A DNA stretch of 60,363 nucleotides from Terrimesophilobacter sp. (GTDB taxonomy: Bacteria; Actinomycetota; Actinomycetes; Actinomycetales; Microbacteriaceae): positions 1 through 60,363 of the forward strand of contig JBDSDO010000109.1 in NCBI GenBank assembly GCA_039920505.1, read 5' to 3'. A program made the translations under genes and the position numbers. The notes beneath the pieces were generated by a model. It saw only the letters and a list, made by a program, of their open reading frames with translations, was not told the origin of the DNA and ran no database searches. Positions 10,196 through 20,194 of the stretch are shown here, one piece after another. How positions within the stretch are numbered: position 1 is the stretch's first letter; each line of letters starts with the position of its first letter.

Positions 10196-11239
10196 TTAGA
10201 GCTCGTTCTGCCGGGGGATGAAAATCTGGTTCACGATCAACAACACCGCAGCAGCGACGGGAATCGCGATGAGTGCGCCGAGGATGCCGAGCAAGGTGCC
10301 ACCGGCGAGAGCCGCGATCACGACAACAACCCCCGGCACCTTCACGGCACGGTTCATGATGTTCGGGTTCAATACGTACGCTTCGAACTGCATGTAGATG
10401 AGGTAGAAGATTCCGGCGGCGATCGCTGTCGGCACGCCGTCGAAAAGCAGGCAGCCGAGGGTGATCAGTATGCTGCCCGACAGTGTCCCCACCAGGGGCA
10501 CGAGTGCAAATAGGAACGCGATAAACGCGAACAGGGCGGCGTATTTTGCGCCGATGATGGACAGGTAGATGAAGCTCGCGACCCCGTTGCAGAACGCAAT
10601 GGAGGCCTGACCGACCACGTATCTGCCCACCGCGGTGCTGATCTGTTCGGCGATGTCCTCAAAACCTGCCCGCTTCGAAGCGGGCACCAGTTGGTACAGC
10701 GCACGCTTCATGCTGCTGAGCGACCCGATGAAATAGAGAGTGAGAATGAGCACAATAAGGATGCCGAATACGAAGCTGGCGATGCCGATGCCGACTTGAA
10801 GTACTCCTCCACCGATTTTCGTGATGTTGTTTTGCACAAAGTCAAGCGCACCGGTGATGACTGCGTGCACGTCGATGAAGGACGGCAGATTCTTCTGCAG
10901 GTTCTCCACCCAGTTCTGCCCCTGAATGGACTCGACGAGCGGAGCGATCCCGCGGACCAGGTTTTGGGTCTGGTCCACGATGACGGGCACGACAGCGAAG
11001 ATGAGTCCGGCGAACACGGCGAGCACACCGGTGATGACGGTAAGGGTTGCCGCCCAGCGTGGGAGTTTATGCCGCTCCAGCCACGAGACCGCCGGATCGA
11101 GACCTAGCGCCAGGAACAACGCGGCTCCGATATAGGTGAGGATCGTGGTGAGAGTACCGAGCGCAGCGCCGATGCCGAGCGCGACGAGCACTCCGAGACC
11201 ACCCAACAGCCCGAGGCGGAAAGCGTTCTGGATTCTCAC
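10196..11239 (-). CDS. AI-2E family (PerM-like) transporter
   Basis: Multi-TM protein with LDPAVSWLE and GILGALIAIPVAA motifs. Confidence 0.9.
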   Translation of the reverse strand: MRIQNAFRLGLLGGLGVLVALGIGAALGTLTTILTYIGAALFLALGLDPAVSWLERHKLPRWAATLTVITGVLAVFAGLIFAVVPVIVDQTQNLVRGIAPLVESIQGQNWVENLQKNLPSFIDVHAVITGALDFVQNNITKIGGGVLQVGIGIASFVFGILIVLILTLYFIGSLSSMKRALYQLVPASKRAGFEDIAEQISTAVGRYVVGQASIAFCNGVASFIYLSIIGAKYAALFAFIAFLFALVPLVGTLSGSILITLGCLLFDGVPTAIAAGIFYLIYMQFEAYVLNPNIMNRAVKVPGVVVVIAALAGGTLLGILGALIAIPVAAAVLLIVNQIFIPRQNEL

Positions 11240-11266
11240 ACAGCCCCTCTCGCCGCGGATCTGCGA

Positions 11267-12853
11267 CTAGTCCGCCGTGATCTTCTCCGCTTCGGTGAGC
11301 ACCGAGCGCAGACTCTCGAAGTAGCCGGCCACTGCTTCGCGCTCAATCCTAATCTTGGCCATGCGCTCTTCCGCGTCAGACACGAGCGATGCGGAACGTT
11401 TCTGCGCGTCCTTGACGAGCGCCTTCGCGCGCGCCTCGGCAGCCTTGACGGTCTCCTTCGCGCTGGCCTGAGCCTTGGCACGGAACTCTTTCACTTCGGC
11501 CAATGCCTGATCGGTGATCGTGTCCGCCTGCAGACGCTGCTCGGCGGCGAGACGTGTTGTCTCGGTCAATTGCCGGTTCGCTTCTTCCAGGTATTTCTGC
11601 GACTGCGCCACCGCTTCTTGGTGGCCGCTGAGGAACTCCTGCTCGGCCTCGTCGCGGCGGGCCTTGAGTTCCATTTCCAGGTCCAGTCGGCTTTGCTCGC
11701 TGATCTGCTCGAGCGCCGTGCGGGCCTCATCCGCTTCGAAGGCGAGCTGCGCGTGCACTTTCTCACTTTCGCGGGTCAGATCCGCAGTCCCCTGCTCGAT
11801 TGCTCGCGCGAGATCGGTGCGCTGCTTCTCGATGTCGAGGGCCAGCTCGTTTTGCAGTTGCGCTGTCTCGGCCTCGAATTCGTCCCTGGCCTGCGCAAGT
11901 TCTTGCTCCGCCTCCGCACGGTAACGTTCTGCTTCGTGGTGCAGTGCGGCGCGTTGCGCGGCCCTCTCCTGTTCGAGTTGTGAGCGGGTGGCAGACGATT
12001 CGAGTTCCACCTCGGTGCGCGCCTGGTCCATCTCCCTGGCCAGACCGGTGTGCGCCTGTTCCACCTCCGCAGCAAGCGCTGCTCGTGTCGCCTCCACCTC
12101 GCGAGCAGCGTCGGTTTTTGCTTTTTCGGTGTCCCTGGCAAGATCGCCCCAGAGCTTCTCGTTTTCGCTGACGAACTCTGATCGCGCCTGTTCGGTTTCC
12201 CGAGCGAGCTTCGCGGCCTGCTCCTTGGCCGCTGCGGCTTCGTGGCTGGCCACGGTCTTGATTTCCGCTGCCTCGCGCTCGCCTTCGGCGCGGGCCGCTG
12301 CCGCTTCGCGTTTCGCGCTCGTGCGGACTTCGGCGGCTTCGGTGGCGATAGCGCCTCGGATGGCTGCAGCCTCCCGCAAGGCGTCGCTGGTGAGAGTCTC
12401 TGCTTCGGCGTGGGCGCGTGCTAGTACTTCCTCGGCCTCGGCGTTGGCACGTTCGGAGACAGTTTGTGCCTCATCGTTGGCATCCGCGACAATGCGTTCC
12501 GCGGCATCGGCAGCCTCGTGGCGGAGCGCCTCGATTTCACCATGGACACTGCTACGCAACCGTTCGGCGTCGATGTCCGCCTGGCTGATCAAGCGGGTGG
12601 ACTGCTCCTCGGCTATCCGAAGCGTTTTCTCCAGCTTCGTGCCGAGTCCGCTATAGGTAGGACTTCCGGTCTCCTCGATCTCCGCTTGCAGGTCGTCGAC
12701 TGTCGCCTTGAGTCGCTTGACTTCCTTGGCGGCCTCCGCCTTGTCGCTGTTGGCCTTGATCAGATCCCGGCGCAGTCCCTGCACCGCACTGTCGACTTCA
12801 TCGCGGTTGTAACCGCGCATAGCGGTCGAGAATGATTCGTCATCACTAGACAC
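11267..12853 (-). CDS. DivIVA-domain long coiled-coil protein (Scy/FilP-like)
   Basis: N-terminal FSTAMRGYNRDEVD, GLGTKLEKTLRIAEEQ, then about 450 aa of A/E/R-rich coiled coil. Confidence 0.8.
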   Translation of the reverse strand: MSSDDESFSTAMRGYNRDEVDSAVQGLRRDLIKANSDKAEAAKEVKRLKATVDDLQAEIEETGSPTYSGLGTKLEKTLRIAEEQSTRLISQADIDAERLRSSVHGEIEALRHEAADAAERIVADANDEAQTVSERANAEAEEVLARAHAEAETLTSDALREAAAIRGAIATEAAEVRTSAKREAAAARAEGEREAAEIKTVASHEAAAAKEQAAKLARETEQARSEFVSENEKLWGDLARDTEKAKTDAAREVEATRAALAAEVEQAHTGLAREMDQARTEVELESSATRSQLEQERAAQRAALHHEAERYRAEAEQELAQARDEFEAETAQLQNELALDIEKQRTDLARAIEQGTADLTRESEKVHAQLAFEADEARTALEQISEQSRLDLEMELKARRDEAEQEFLSGHQEAVAQSQKYLEEANRQLTETTRLAAEQRLQADTITDQALAEVKEFRAKAQASAKETVKAAEARAKALVKDAQKRSASLVSDAEERMAKIRIEREAVAGYFESLRSVLTEAEKITAD

Positions 12854-13144
12854 GGGATCTCCCTATGAGTAATCGACCGTCGAGTGCGAGAACACGGTCA
12901 GAACGATCAGAGTTTAGCGCGAGCGCACGGAGCCGGCTTGCCCCGGCGTCGCGCTCCGCTGCCTCGCGAAGAGGAAGCTTTCAGGCTCCTCACGCTATTG
13001 TTGACTGTCTTTGCCTGTTGCCAGCGCATCACCATGGTCCGGGTCCCAAACGTTCTGCTTCATCAGTTGCGGGACGCATCTACCCGCAAGGGTGCTCAGG
13101 GTTGTCGACAACCAGCGGAGCCGGCAGCACGAAAGGAGAAGCAT

Positions 13145-14908
13145 TTGCGGTTCATCGCGGCCATCGTCAGTTTTGTTATCGCGTTCATGATGATTGGCTA
13201 CGGCATCGCACAGCGAACGGTGCTTCGTGGTCCCGATAACGTCACCGCTTCGGTAAAAGTACACACCGAGGCTCCGGTGACCATCATCGACGGCACAGCA
13301 TTGACCGGGATGCCGGGGCGGCAAAAGGTCGAAATTGGGGGAGCACCGACGGTATTCGCCGCGTACGGTCGCACCCAAGACGTCGTGGCGTGGGTCGGCA
13401 AGGCCCGTCACAACAAGGTCACCTTCAATGCGAAATCGACCTCTCTCACCAGTAAACTCGTCGACGGCACCGAGCAGAAGGTCCCCGATCCGGCTGGCTC
13501 CGACCTCTGGCTCAGCAAGTACAGCGGCAAAAGAAGCCTGAGCTTCAGCGGAAACGTGCCAGCCGGAATCTCGCTCCTCGTCGTCTCCGACGGTGCAGCC
13601 CCCGCTCCCAGTTTGCTCAGCGTGACGTGGCCGCTGGACAATCGCACCCCCTGGTCCGGGCCACTGCTGGCCGGCGGAGGCCTGCTGCTCGTTCTCGGCA
13701 TCGCTCTGTACCTGTGGGCGCTGATCGCTCTGCGCCGATCCCGCGGCCCGAGAAGAAAGCCGCCGAAAACCCCGAAGATGCCCAAGCTGCCCCGGCCGCA
13801 AAGCTACAAGGCCGTTCGCCCGCGGGCCATTGTGGCGGCCAAGGGACGTCGAGCGATCGGCCGCATGGTCGCCGTGCTCCCCGTGGTGCTCATCGGGGTC
13901 CTGGCAACCAGCGGATGTTCGTCGGAACTTTGGCCGAACGCCGCGGACATCGGCCAGGAGAGCGCGACGCCGAGTGCGAGCGCGACGCCGGCGGCAGCGG
14001 AACTGGATCCTCCAGTTGTGTCGATTCCTCAGGTCGAGACCATCCTCGCAGACGTGAGCGCGGTGGTGACCAAAGCCGACACCGATCGTGACGCGGCCCT
14101 GCTCGCCACGCGGTTCGCCGGTCCAGCGCTCGAGTTGCGCCAGGCGAACTACGCCATCCGTGGGGTGGACGCCACCTTTGCGGCACCGACGCCGATTCCC
14201 GCGAAGCCTCTCGCTTTGACTCTCCCGCAGCAATCGAAGACGTGGCCGCGCACCGTTTTCACCGTGATTCAGGATGCGAACAACTCGGACGTGAAGCCGA
14301 TCGCCCTGATGCTGACTCAGAAGAACCCGCGGGCCAATTACCTGGTGCAGTACGCGGTCGAACTCGAGGCCCGAGCGGTGTTGCCGAAGGTGGCTCCCGC
14401 GAACGTGGGAGCCGTGCGCTTGCAGGAGGATGTTCCCCTGCTGGGCATGGAACCGGGCGAACTCGCCCTGGCTTTCGGCGACATCCTCAGCGCAGGAGAT
14501 CAGAGCAAGTACGCTGATAAGTTCGACCTGACCGACGACCCGCTGCTGAAGCAGATCGGGCTCGAGTCCAGAAACGCGCTGAAGGCCAAGCTGCCGGCCA
14601 GCGCGCAAATGGAGTACACGAACCTCCAGGGTCCGGCCGAATCGGTCGCACTGGCCACGAGCGGATCGGGAGCGATCGTTGCCGTGTACCTGCAGGAGAA
14701 CCTGGTGGTGAAGCCCGTCGAGGGCGGTGCGTCCGTGAACGCGGAAGGCGCCGTCAAGTCGCTGTCGAAGGTGACGAGCACGACCAAGGGCACCTCCGCC
14801 ACATACGGCGATCAGCTGCTCTTCTCCGTTCCCGCGGTCGGGAGCAATGAGAAAATTGTGTTACTGGGCTGGGATACCGGCCTGGTTGCTGCGAAGGAGT
14901 TGCCATGA
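13145..14908 (+). CDS. Conserved membrane/cell-surface protein of unknown function
   Basis: GAAAGGAG SD before TTG 13145; N-terminal TM, PDPAGSDLW motif, second TM, basic linker, internal lipobox-like ATSGC. Confidence 0.75.
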   Translation: MRFIAAIVSFVIAFMMIGYGIAQRTVLRGPDNVTASVKVHTEAPVTIIDGTALTGMPGRQKVEIGGAPTVFAAYGRTQDVVAWVGKARHNKVTFNAKSTSLTSKLVDGTEQKVPDPAGSDLWLSKYSGKRSLSFSGNVPAGISLLVVSDGAAPAPSLLSVTWPLDNRTPWSGPLLAGGGLLLVLGIALYLWALIALRRSRGPRRKPPKTPKMPKLPRPQSYKAVRPRAIVAAKGRRAIGRMVAVLPVVLIGVLATSGCSSELWPNAADIGQESATPSASATPAAAELDPPVVSIPQVETILADVSAVVTKADTDRDAALLATRFAGPALELRQANYAIRGVDATFAAPTPIPAKPLALTLPQQSKTWPRTVFTVIQDANNSDVKPIALMLTQKNPRANYLVQYAVELEARAVLPKVAPANVGAVRLQEDVPLLGMEPGELALAFGDILSAGDQSKYADKFDLTDDPLLKQIGLESRNALKAKLPASAQMEYTNLQGPAESVALATSGSGAIVAVYLQENLVVKPVEGGASVNAEGAVKSLSKVTSTTKGTSATYGDQLLFSVPAVGSNEKIVLLGWDTGLVAAKELP

Positions 14909-15831
14909 CCACCACACCACCTCCCACCTCCAACTTGCGCGGAGCCGTCGACCTGTCGTCCCTCGTCCACCGCGCCAGTGACGAGTCAGGGGGCGAGACT
15001 GTCGCCGCCGTGAGCGTGCCGTCCCTCGTCCTGGAGGGCACGGATGCGAACTTCACCAGCATCCTCGAACTCTCGAACACCGTGCCGGTGGTGGTGCAAT
15101 TCCACGCCGGGACAGCATCGACCGGCCTCACGAACCTGGTGCGCAAGTACGCCGGCAGGTTTCTGCTCGCCACCGTGCTCGCCTCAGCCAACCCGCAGTT
15201 GGCGCGCGCATTCAACGTGGTGAACACGCCCACCGTGGCTGCGGTCGTCGGCGGACGGCCCATCGCATTGTACGAAGGCGAACTGCCCGATTCTGAAGTT
15301 CTCCCGGTCCTCGACCAGCTGGCGGCGCTCGCTCAGCAAAACGGTGTGACCGGGACGGTCGCGCCGCAGTCGGAGGACGATGACCAGATGGCCGCTGCTG
15401 AGCCGGCAGAAGAGCCGCTGCCACCACACCACCAGGAGGCGTACGAAGCTATCGCCGCTCAGGACTACGCCACCGCCGCGGCCGAGTACCAGAAGGCGAT
15501 TGCTCAGAACCCTCGCGATGAGCTCGCCGTGGCGGGACTGGCCCAGGTCTCGCTGCTGGAGAGGCTTGACGGCGTGGAGGCGCAATCCGTGCGCGACGCG
15601 GCAGCGGCCGCACCCGCCGAAGTGACGGCGCAGTTGCTTGTCGCCGATCTGGATGTTGCCGGGGGGCACCTCGATGATGCGTTCGACCGACTGCTCGGAC
15701 TGTTCCCCGCGCTCGACCAGGGCGACAAAGACCTCTTGCGTGCCCGCTTGCTCGACTACTTCGAGATCGCCGGCGCCGAGGATCCGCGGGTCGCTGCCGC
15801 GCGTCGCAGGCTGACCGGACTCCTGTACTGA
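14905..15831 (+). CDS. Thioredoxin-like/TPR co-chaperone (YbbN/CnoX family)
   Basis: GAVDLSSL N-terminus, Trx fold without CxxC, TPR region ending RRRLTGLLY. Confidence 0.85.
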   Translation: MTTTPPPTSNLRGAVDLSSLVHRASDESGGETVAAVSVPSLVLEGTDANFTSILELSNTVPVVVQFHAGTASTGLTNLVRKYAGRFLLATVLASANPQLARAFNVVNTPTVAAVVGGRPIALYEGELPDSEVLPVLDQLAALAQQNGVTGTVAPQSEDDDQMAAAEPAEEPLPPHHQEAYEAIAAQDYATAAAEYQKAIAQNPRDELAVAGLAQVSLLERLDGVEAQSVRDAAAAAPAEVTAQLLVADLDVAGGHLDDAFDRLLGLFPALDQGDKDLLRARLLDYFEIAGAEDPRVAAARRRLTGLLY

Positions 15832-15847
15832 TCCGCTGCGCCGGCTA

Positions 15848-15881
15848 GCGGCGCAATTTCAACCGCGGCGCAATTTTAACC
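15848..15881. repeat. 17-bp tandem duplication at the glgB 3' end
   Basis: GCGGCGCAATTTCAACC then GCGGCGCAATTTTAACC (one mismatch). Confidence 0.85.
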
Positions 15882-18042
15882 ACAGTGCGGCCAGCGGCGG
15901 CAGGGTGATCTCCGCCGATGCCGGCCGATGCGTCCAGGGCACGTCGATCGCGGTCACACCGCCGAGGTTGCCCACTCCCGAACCGCCGAACTGGTCGGAG
16001 TCGGTGTTCAGGATCTAGTCCCACCGCCCAACAGAGGGCAATCCGATACGGTAAGGACCAATCGGGGCGCCGGAGAAATTCACGAGCACGGCGATCGCCT
16101 CGCCGGATGCCGACCAGCGCAAAAACGACACGACGTCGGGATTCGTCGTCTCGAGTTCCTGGAACCCGGCGGGCGACGCATCCTGTTGCCACAGTGCCGC
16201 TTCTTCCCGGTACACCCGGTTCAACTCGCCCACCAGGTGGGACAGCGACCGGTGCACCGGCTGGTCCAGGATCCACCAGTCCAGACCGCGCTGCTCACTC
16301 CACTCGGACGGCTGCCCGAACTCTTGTCCCATGAACAGCAGCTGTTTGCCGGGATGTGCCCACATGAACGCCAGATAGGCGCGCAGGTTCGCCAGCTTCT
16401 GCCACTGGTCTCCTGGCATCTTGTTCAACAGCGAGCCCTTGCCGTGGACGACCTCGTCGTGGCTGAGCGGCAACAGGAAGTTCTCGCTGAACGCGTACAG
16501 GAACGAGAAGGTGATGTCGTGACGATGGTGCGCGCGGTACATCGGGTCCCGGCTCATGTACTGCAGCGAGTCGTGCATCCAGCCCATGTTCCACTTGAGC
16601 CCGAAGCCGAGGCCGCCCGCGCTGGTTGGCGCGGTGACTCCGCCCCAGGACGTCGACTCCTCGGCGATCATCACGATTCCCGGGTTGCGCTTGTATGCAG
16701 TGGCATTCACCTCCTGCAGGAAGTCGATAGCCTCCAGGTTCTCCCGACCACCCAGCTTGTTCGGGAGCCACTGTCCGGGCTCGCGAGAATAATCGAGGTA
16801 GAGCATGCTTGCGACGGCGTCCACCCTCAGGCCGTCGATATGGAACTCCTCGAGCCAGTACAGCGCGTTGGCGACCAGGAAGTTGCGCACCTGGGAGTCG
16901 CCGAAGTTGAAGACGAGCGTGCCCCAGTCCATTTGCTCCCCCCGCCTGGGGTCGGAGTGCTCATAGAGGCTCTGCCCGTCGAAGTTCGCCAGAGCCCACT
17001 CGTCTTTCGGGAAGTGCGCGGGAACACAGTCCATAATCACGCTGATACCCGCCTGGTGGAGGCAGTCGATCAGATATTTCAGGTCGTCCGGATGCCCGTA
17101 CCTGCTGGTCGGCGCGTAATACCCGGTGACCTGGTAGCCCCACGACCCGCCGAACGGATGCTCCGCCAGCGGCATGAACTCCACATGCGTGAAGCCGAGC
17201 TCCAGCACGTAGTCCACGAGCTGCGCGGCCAGCTCCCGGTAACTGAGCCCGGGTCGCCACGAGCCGACGTGGAGTTCGTAGACGCTCATCGCGGAATCAT
17301 GGGGGTCGTGAGCGCCCCGCGCGGACAACCAGGTCGCGTCGCCCCATTCGTACCGGGAGATTCCCACGACGGATGCCGTGGCCGGCGGCACTTCGGTGTA
17401 CCGCGCCATCGGGTCGGCGCGCTGCAGCCAGGAGCCGTCGGAGTCACGCAGTTCGAACTTGTACACGCTCCCCGGCGGCAGGGCCGGCACGAACAATTCC
17501 CAGATCCCGCTGCCTTCCAGCCGGCGCATGGCGTGCCCCACGCCGTTCCAGTCGTTGAAGTCGCCGATTACCCGTGCCGCGGTGGCGTGCGGCGCCCAGA
17601 CCGAGAACGAGGTGCCGTCGACGCCTTCGTGCGGACGGAAGTGGGCGCCGAGCACCTGCCACAACTGCTCGTGTCGACCCTGACCGAACAGGTACAGGTC
17701 GACCTCGCCGAATGAAGAAACGAACCGGTACGGGTCATCAGCGGTCCACACGATCCCGTCGTCGTATTCGGCCTGCAGAGTGTAAGCCTGCCCGGCTCCG
17801 GGGGCGAAACCCTGCCAGATTCCTTCCGCGAGGTGTGCCAACAACACGCGGGACCCGTCGGCACGGATCGCCACCACACCGCGCGCCAGCGGCCGCAGCG
17901 CACGGATCACCCGGCCGCCGGCGACCTCGTGGTGGCCAAGCACGCTGTGCGGCCTGTCGTAACGTCCCTCTGCGACGGCGGCGAGCACCGCGCCGTCCAC
18001 CTCGGGCAGGTCGGGGGTATTCCGGGCGTGCGCGGGACTCAT
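15859..18042 (-). CDS. glgB: 1,4-alpha-glucan branching enzyme, interrupted by in-frame TAG at 16015-16017
   Basis: GH13 motifs (SWGYQVTGYYAP, IDGLRVDAVASM, AEES, LSHDEVVHGK). The frame continues after the stop as ILNTDSDQFGGSG...LPPLAALWLK to TGA at 15859. Confidence 0.95.
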
Positions 18043-20057
18043 GCGACACCCCTACCGAACTCCACCTTGAGAATATGCACCGGTTCGACGAACGCGTCAA
18101 GGCGCACGTAATTATCGGTGCCCCAGGTGAACTTCTGTTTCGTGATCAGATCCGTCACCTCGAACGGACGATCCGCTGTGCATCCGAACCGAGTCGGATC
18201 CAGGTGCACAGTGGTCTCGCGCACCGAGTGAGGGTCCACGTTCACGACGACGATGATCGCGTCGCTCTTGCCGGAGCGGATGAACTCGCCGGCCAGGTAC
18301 TTGCTGTAAACGAGGATGGAGTCGTCGTCGCTCCAGTGAACATCCAGGTTGCGCAGTTGCCGCAGCGCCGGATGTTCCGACCGGATCCGATTCAACAGCT
18401 TCAGAAACGGCGCGAGCGACCTGCCTTCCCGCTCTGCCGCGGCGAAGTTTCTCGGGCGGAACTCGTATTTCTCGTTGTCGATGCTCTCTTCCGAGCCAGG
18501 GCGAGCCACACTCTCGTACAGCTCGAACCCGGAATAGACACCCCAGCTGGGGGAGGCGGTCGCGGCGATCGCCGCGCGGATCTTGAAGGCCGGCGGTCCG
18601 CCGAACTGCAGGTACTCCGTGAGGATGTCCGGGGTGTTCACGAAAAGGTTCGGGCGCAGCCATGCGCTGGTTTCGTGCGACAGCTCGGTGAGGTATTCGC
18701 CGAGCTCGAGTTTGGTGTTGCGCCATGTGAAGTAGGTGTAAGACTGCTGGAATCCGGCGCCGGCGAGGGCTTGCATCATGGCCGGTGTGGTGAAGGCCTC
18801 GGCGAAGAATACGACATCCGGATGCTCGAGTGCGACCGCGTGCAGGAGCTACTCCCAGAACGGTAGGGGCTTGGTGTGCGGATTGTCGACGCGGAAGATC
18901 CGTACCCCGAGACCGATCCAGTACTGCACAATGCGCAACACTTCCTCACGCAGTCCGACCGGGTCGTTGTCGAAGTTGAGCGGGTAGATGTCCTGGTATT
19001 TTTTGGGCGGGTTTTCGGCGTAGGCGATGCTGCCGTCTGCGAGGTGGGTGAACCACTGTGGGTGCTCGGTGACCCACGGATGGTCCGGTGAGCACTGCAG
19101 CGCGAGGTCCAACGCGACCTCCATGGTGTTCTTCTTTGCGCTGTCGACGAAGGCGACGAAGTCGGCTTCGGTGCCGAGGTCCGGGTGAATCGCATCGTGT
19201 CCGCCCTCCGCCGACCCGATCGCCCAGGGGGATCCGGGGTCGTTCGGCCCGGCGGCCAGCGAGTTGTTCGGGCCCTTGCGGAAGCTGGTGCCGATCGGAT
19301 GGATCGGTGGCAGATAGACGACGTCGAATCCGAGTTGCGCCAGCGCGGGTAACCGACGTGCCGCAGTGCGTAAGCTGCCGCTGGCCCATGTGCCGTTCTT
19401 CCGCTTCCTCGCCCCCTCGGAGCGCGGGAACAGTTCGTACCAGCTTCCGACACCCGCTCGGGTGCGTTCTACTCTAAGTTCCTGCGGTGCACTGACCGTG
19501 TGAAAGGTGCCCAACGGGTTTCGTTCGATTTCTTCGGTCACCGCGCTGTGGGTGAGTGCCGCGAGGCGCTCCTCCGGCGCCATGCTCCGCATGGCGAACG
19601 TCTTCGCCGCATCGCCCAGAGTCTTGTTCCTCGGCGTGCGCTTCAACGCCCGGCTCAGCAGTTCGGAACCCGACGCTAGCATGAGCGCCACGTCCACCCC
19701 TGCCGGTATTTTCAGCGTGGCGTCGTGCAGCCAGGTTGCCCACTCGTCCACCCACGCCTGTACCTCGAACTGCCACAGCCCGGTGGACTCAAGGAGCACG
19801 TCGGCGTGCCAGCGGTCCGTTCCAGGAATGGTTTCGATCATGCGATGCATGCTGCGGGTGCCGTCCGGGGAAGTGAGCACGGTTTCCACGCCGATGAGGT
19901 CGTGCCCCTCTTTGAACACGGTGGCTTCGAACGGCACCACTTCGCCGGCGTATGCCTTGGCCGGCCACAGGTTGTCCGGTTGTTGCGGGGACAGTCCTCG
20001 GATCGGAATCCGGCCTATCTTGGGCTGGTAGTTGCGGACTTCCTTTAGCTGGCTCAC
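18039..20057 (-). CDS. glgE: Alpha-1,4-glucan:maltose-1-phosphate maltosyltransferase, interrupted by in-frame TAG at 18849-18851
   Basis: SWYELFPRS, YAENPPKKYQDIYP, FRVDNPHTKP, then FWE*LL...AEAFT and NTPDIL in the same frame. GTG 20057 with TACGGT upstream. Confidence 0.95.
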
Positions 20058-20194
20058 TCTCCGACCGTAGCGATAAAGGGTCACAATCCGCTGGACGTCA
20101 CGCCAAGTGGTGGCCGCAAGCTGCGCGCCACGGATCTTTCCAGCCAATTGACGGCGTGGCAGTTGCCAGGTTGACTCCCCTAGGCTGGACTGTC

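Noticed and set aside
6569-18851. Genome-wide stop-codon reassignment explaining the internal stops in frr, glgB and glgE
   Set aside because: The stops replace different residues (TAA for Glu, TAG for Glu, TAG for Trp), and TAG and TAA end many genes normally here (frr, glgP and gatB with TAG; rpsB and tsf with TAA).
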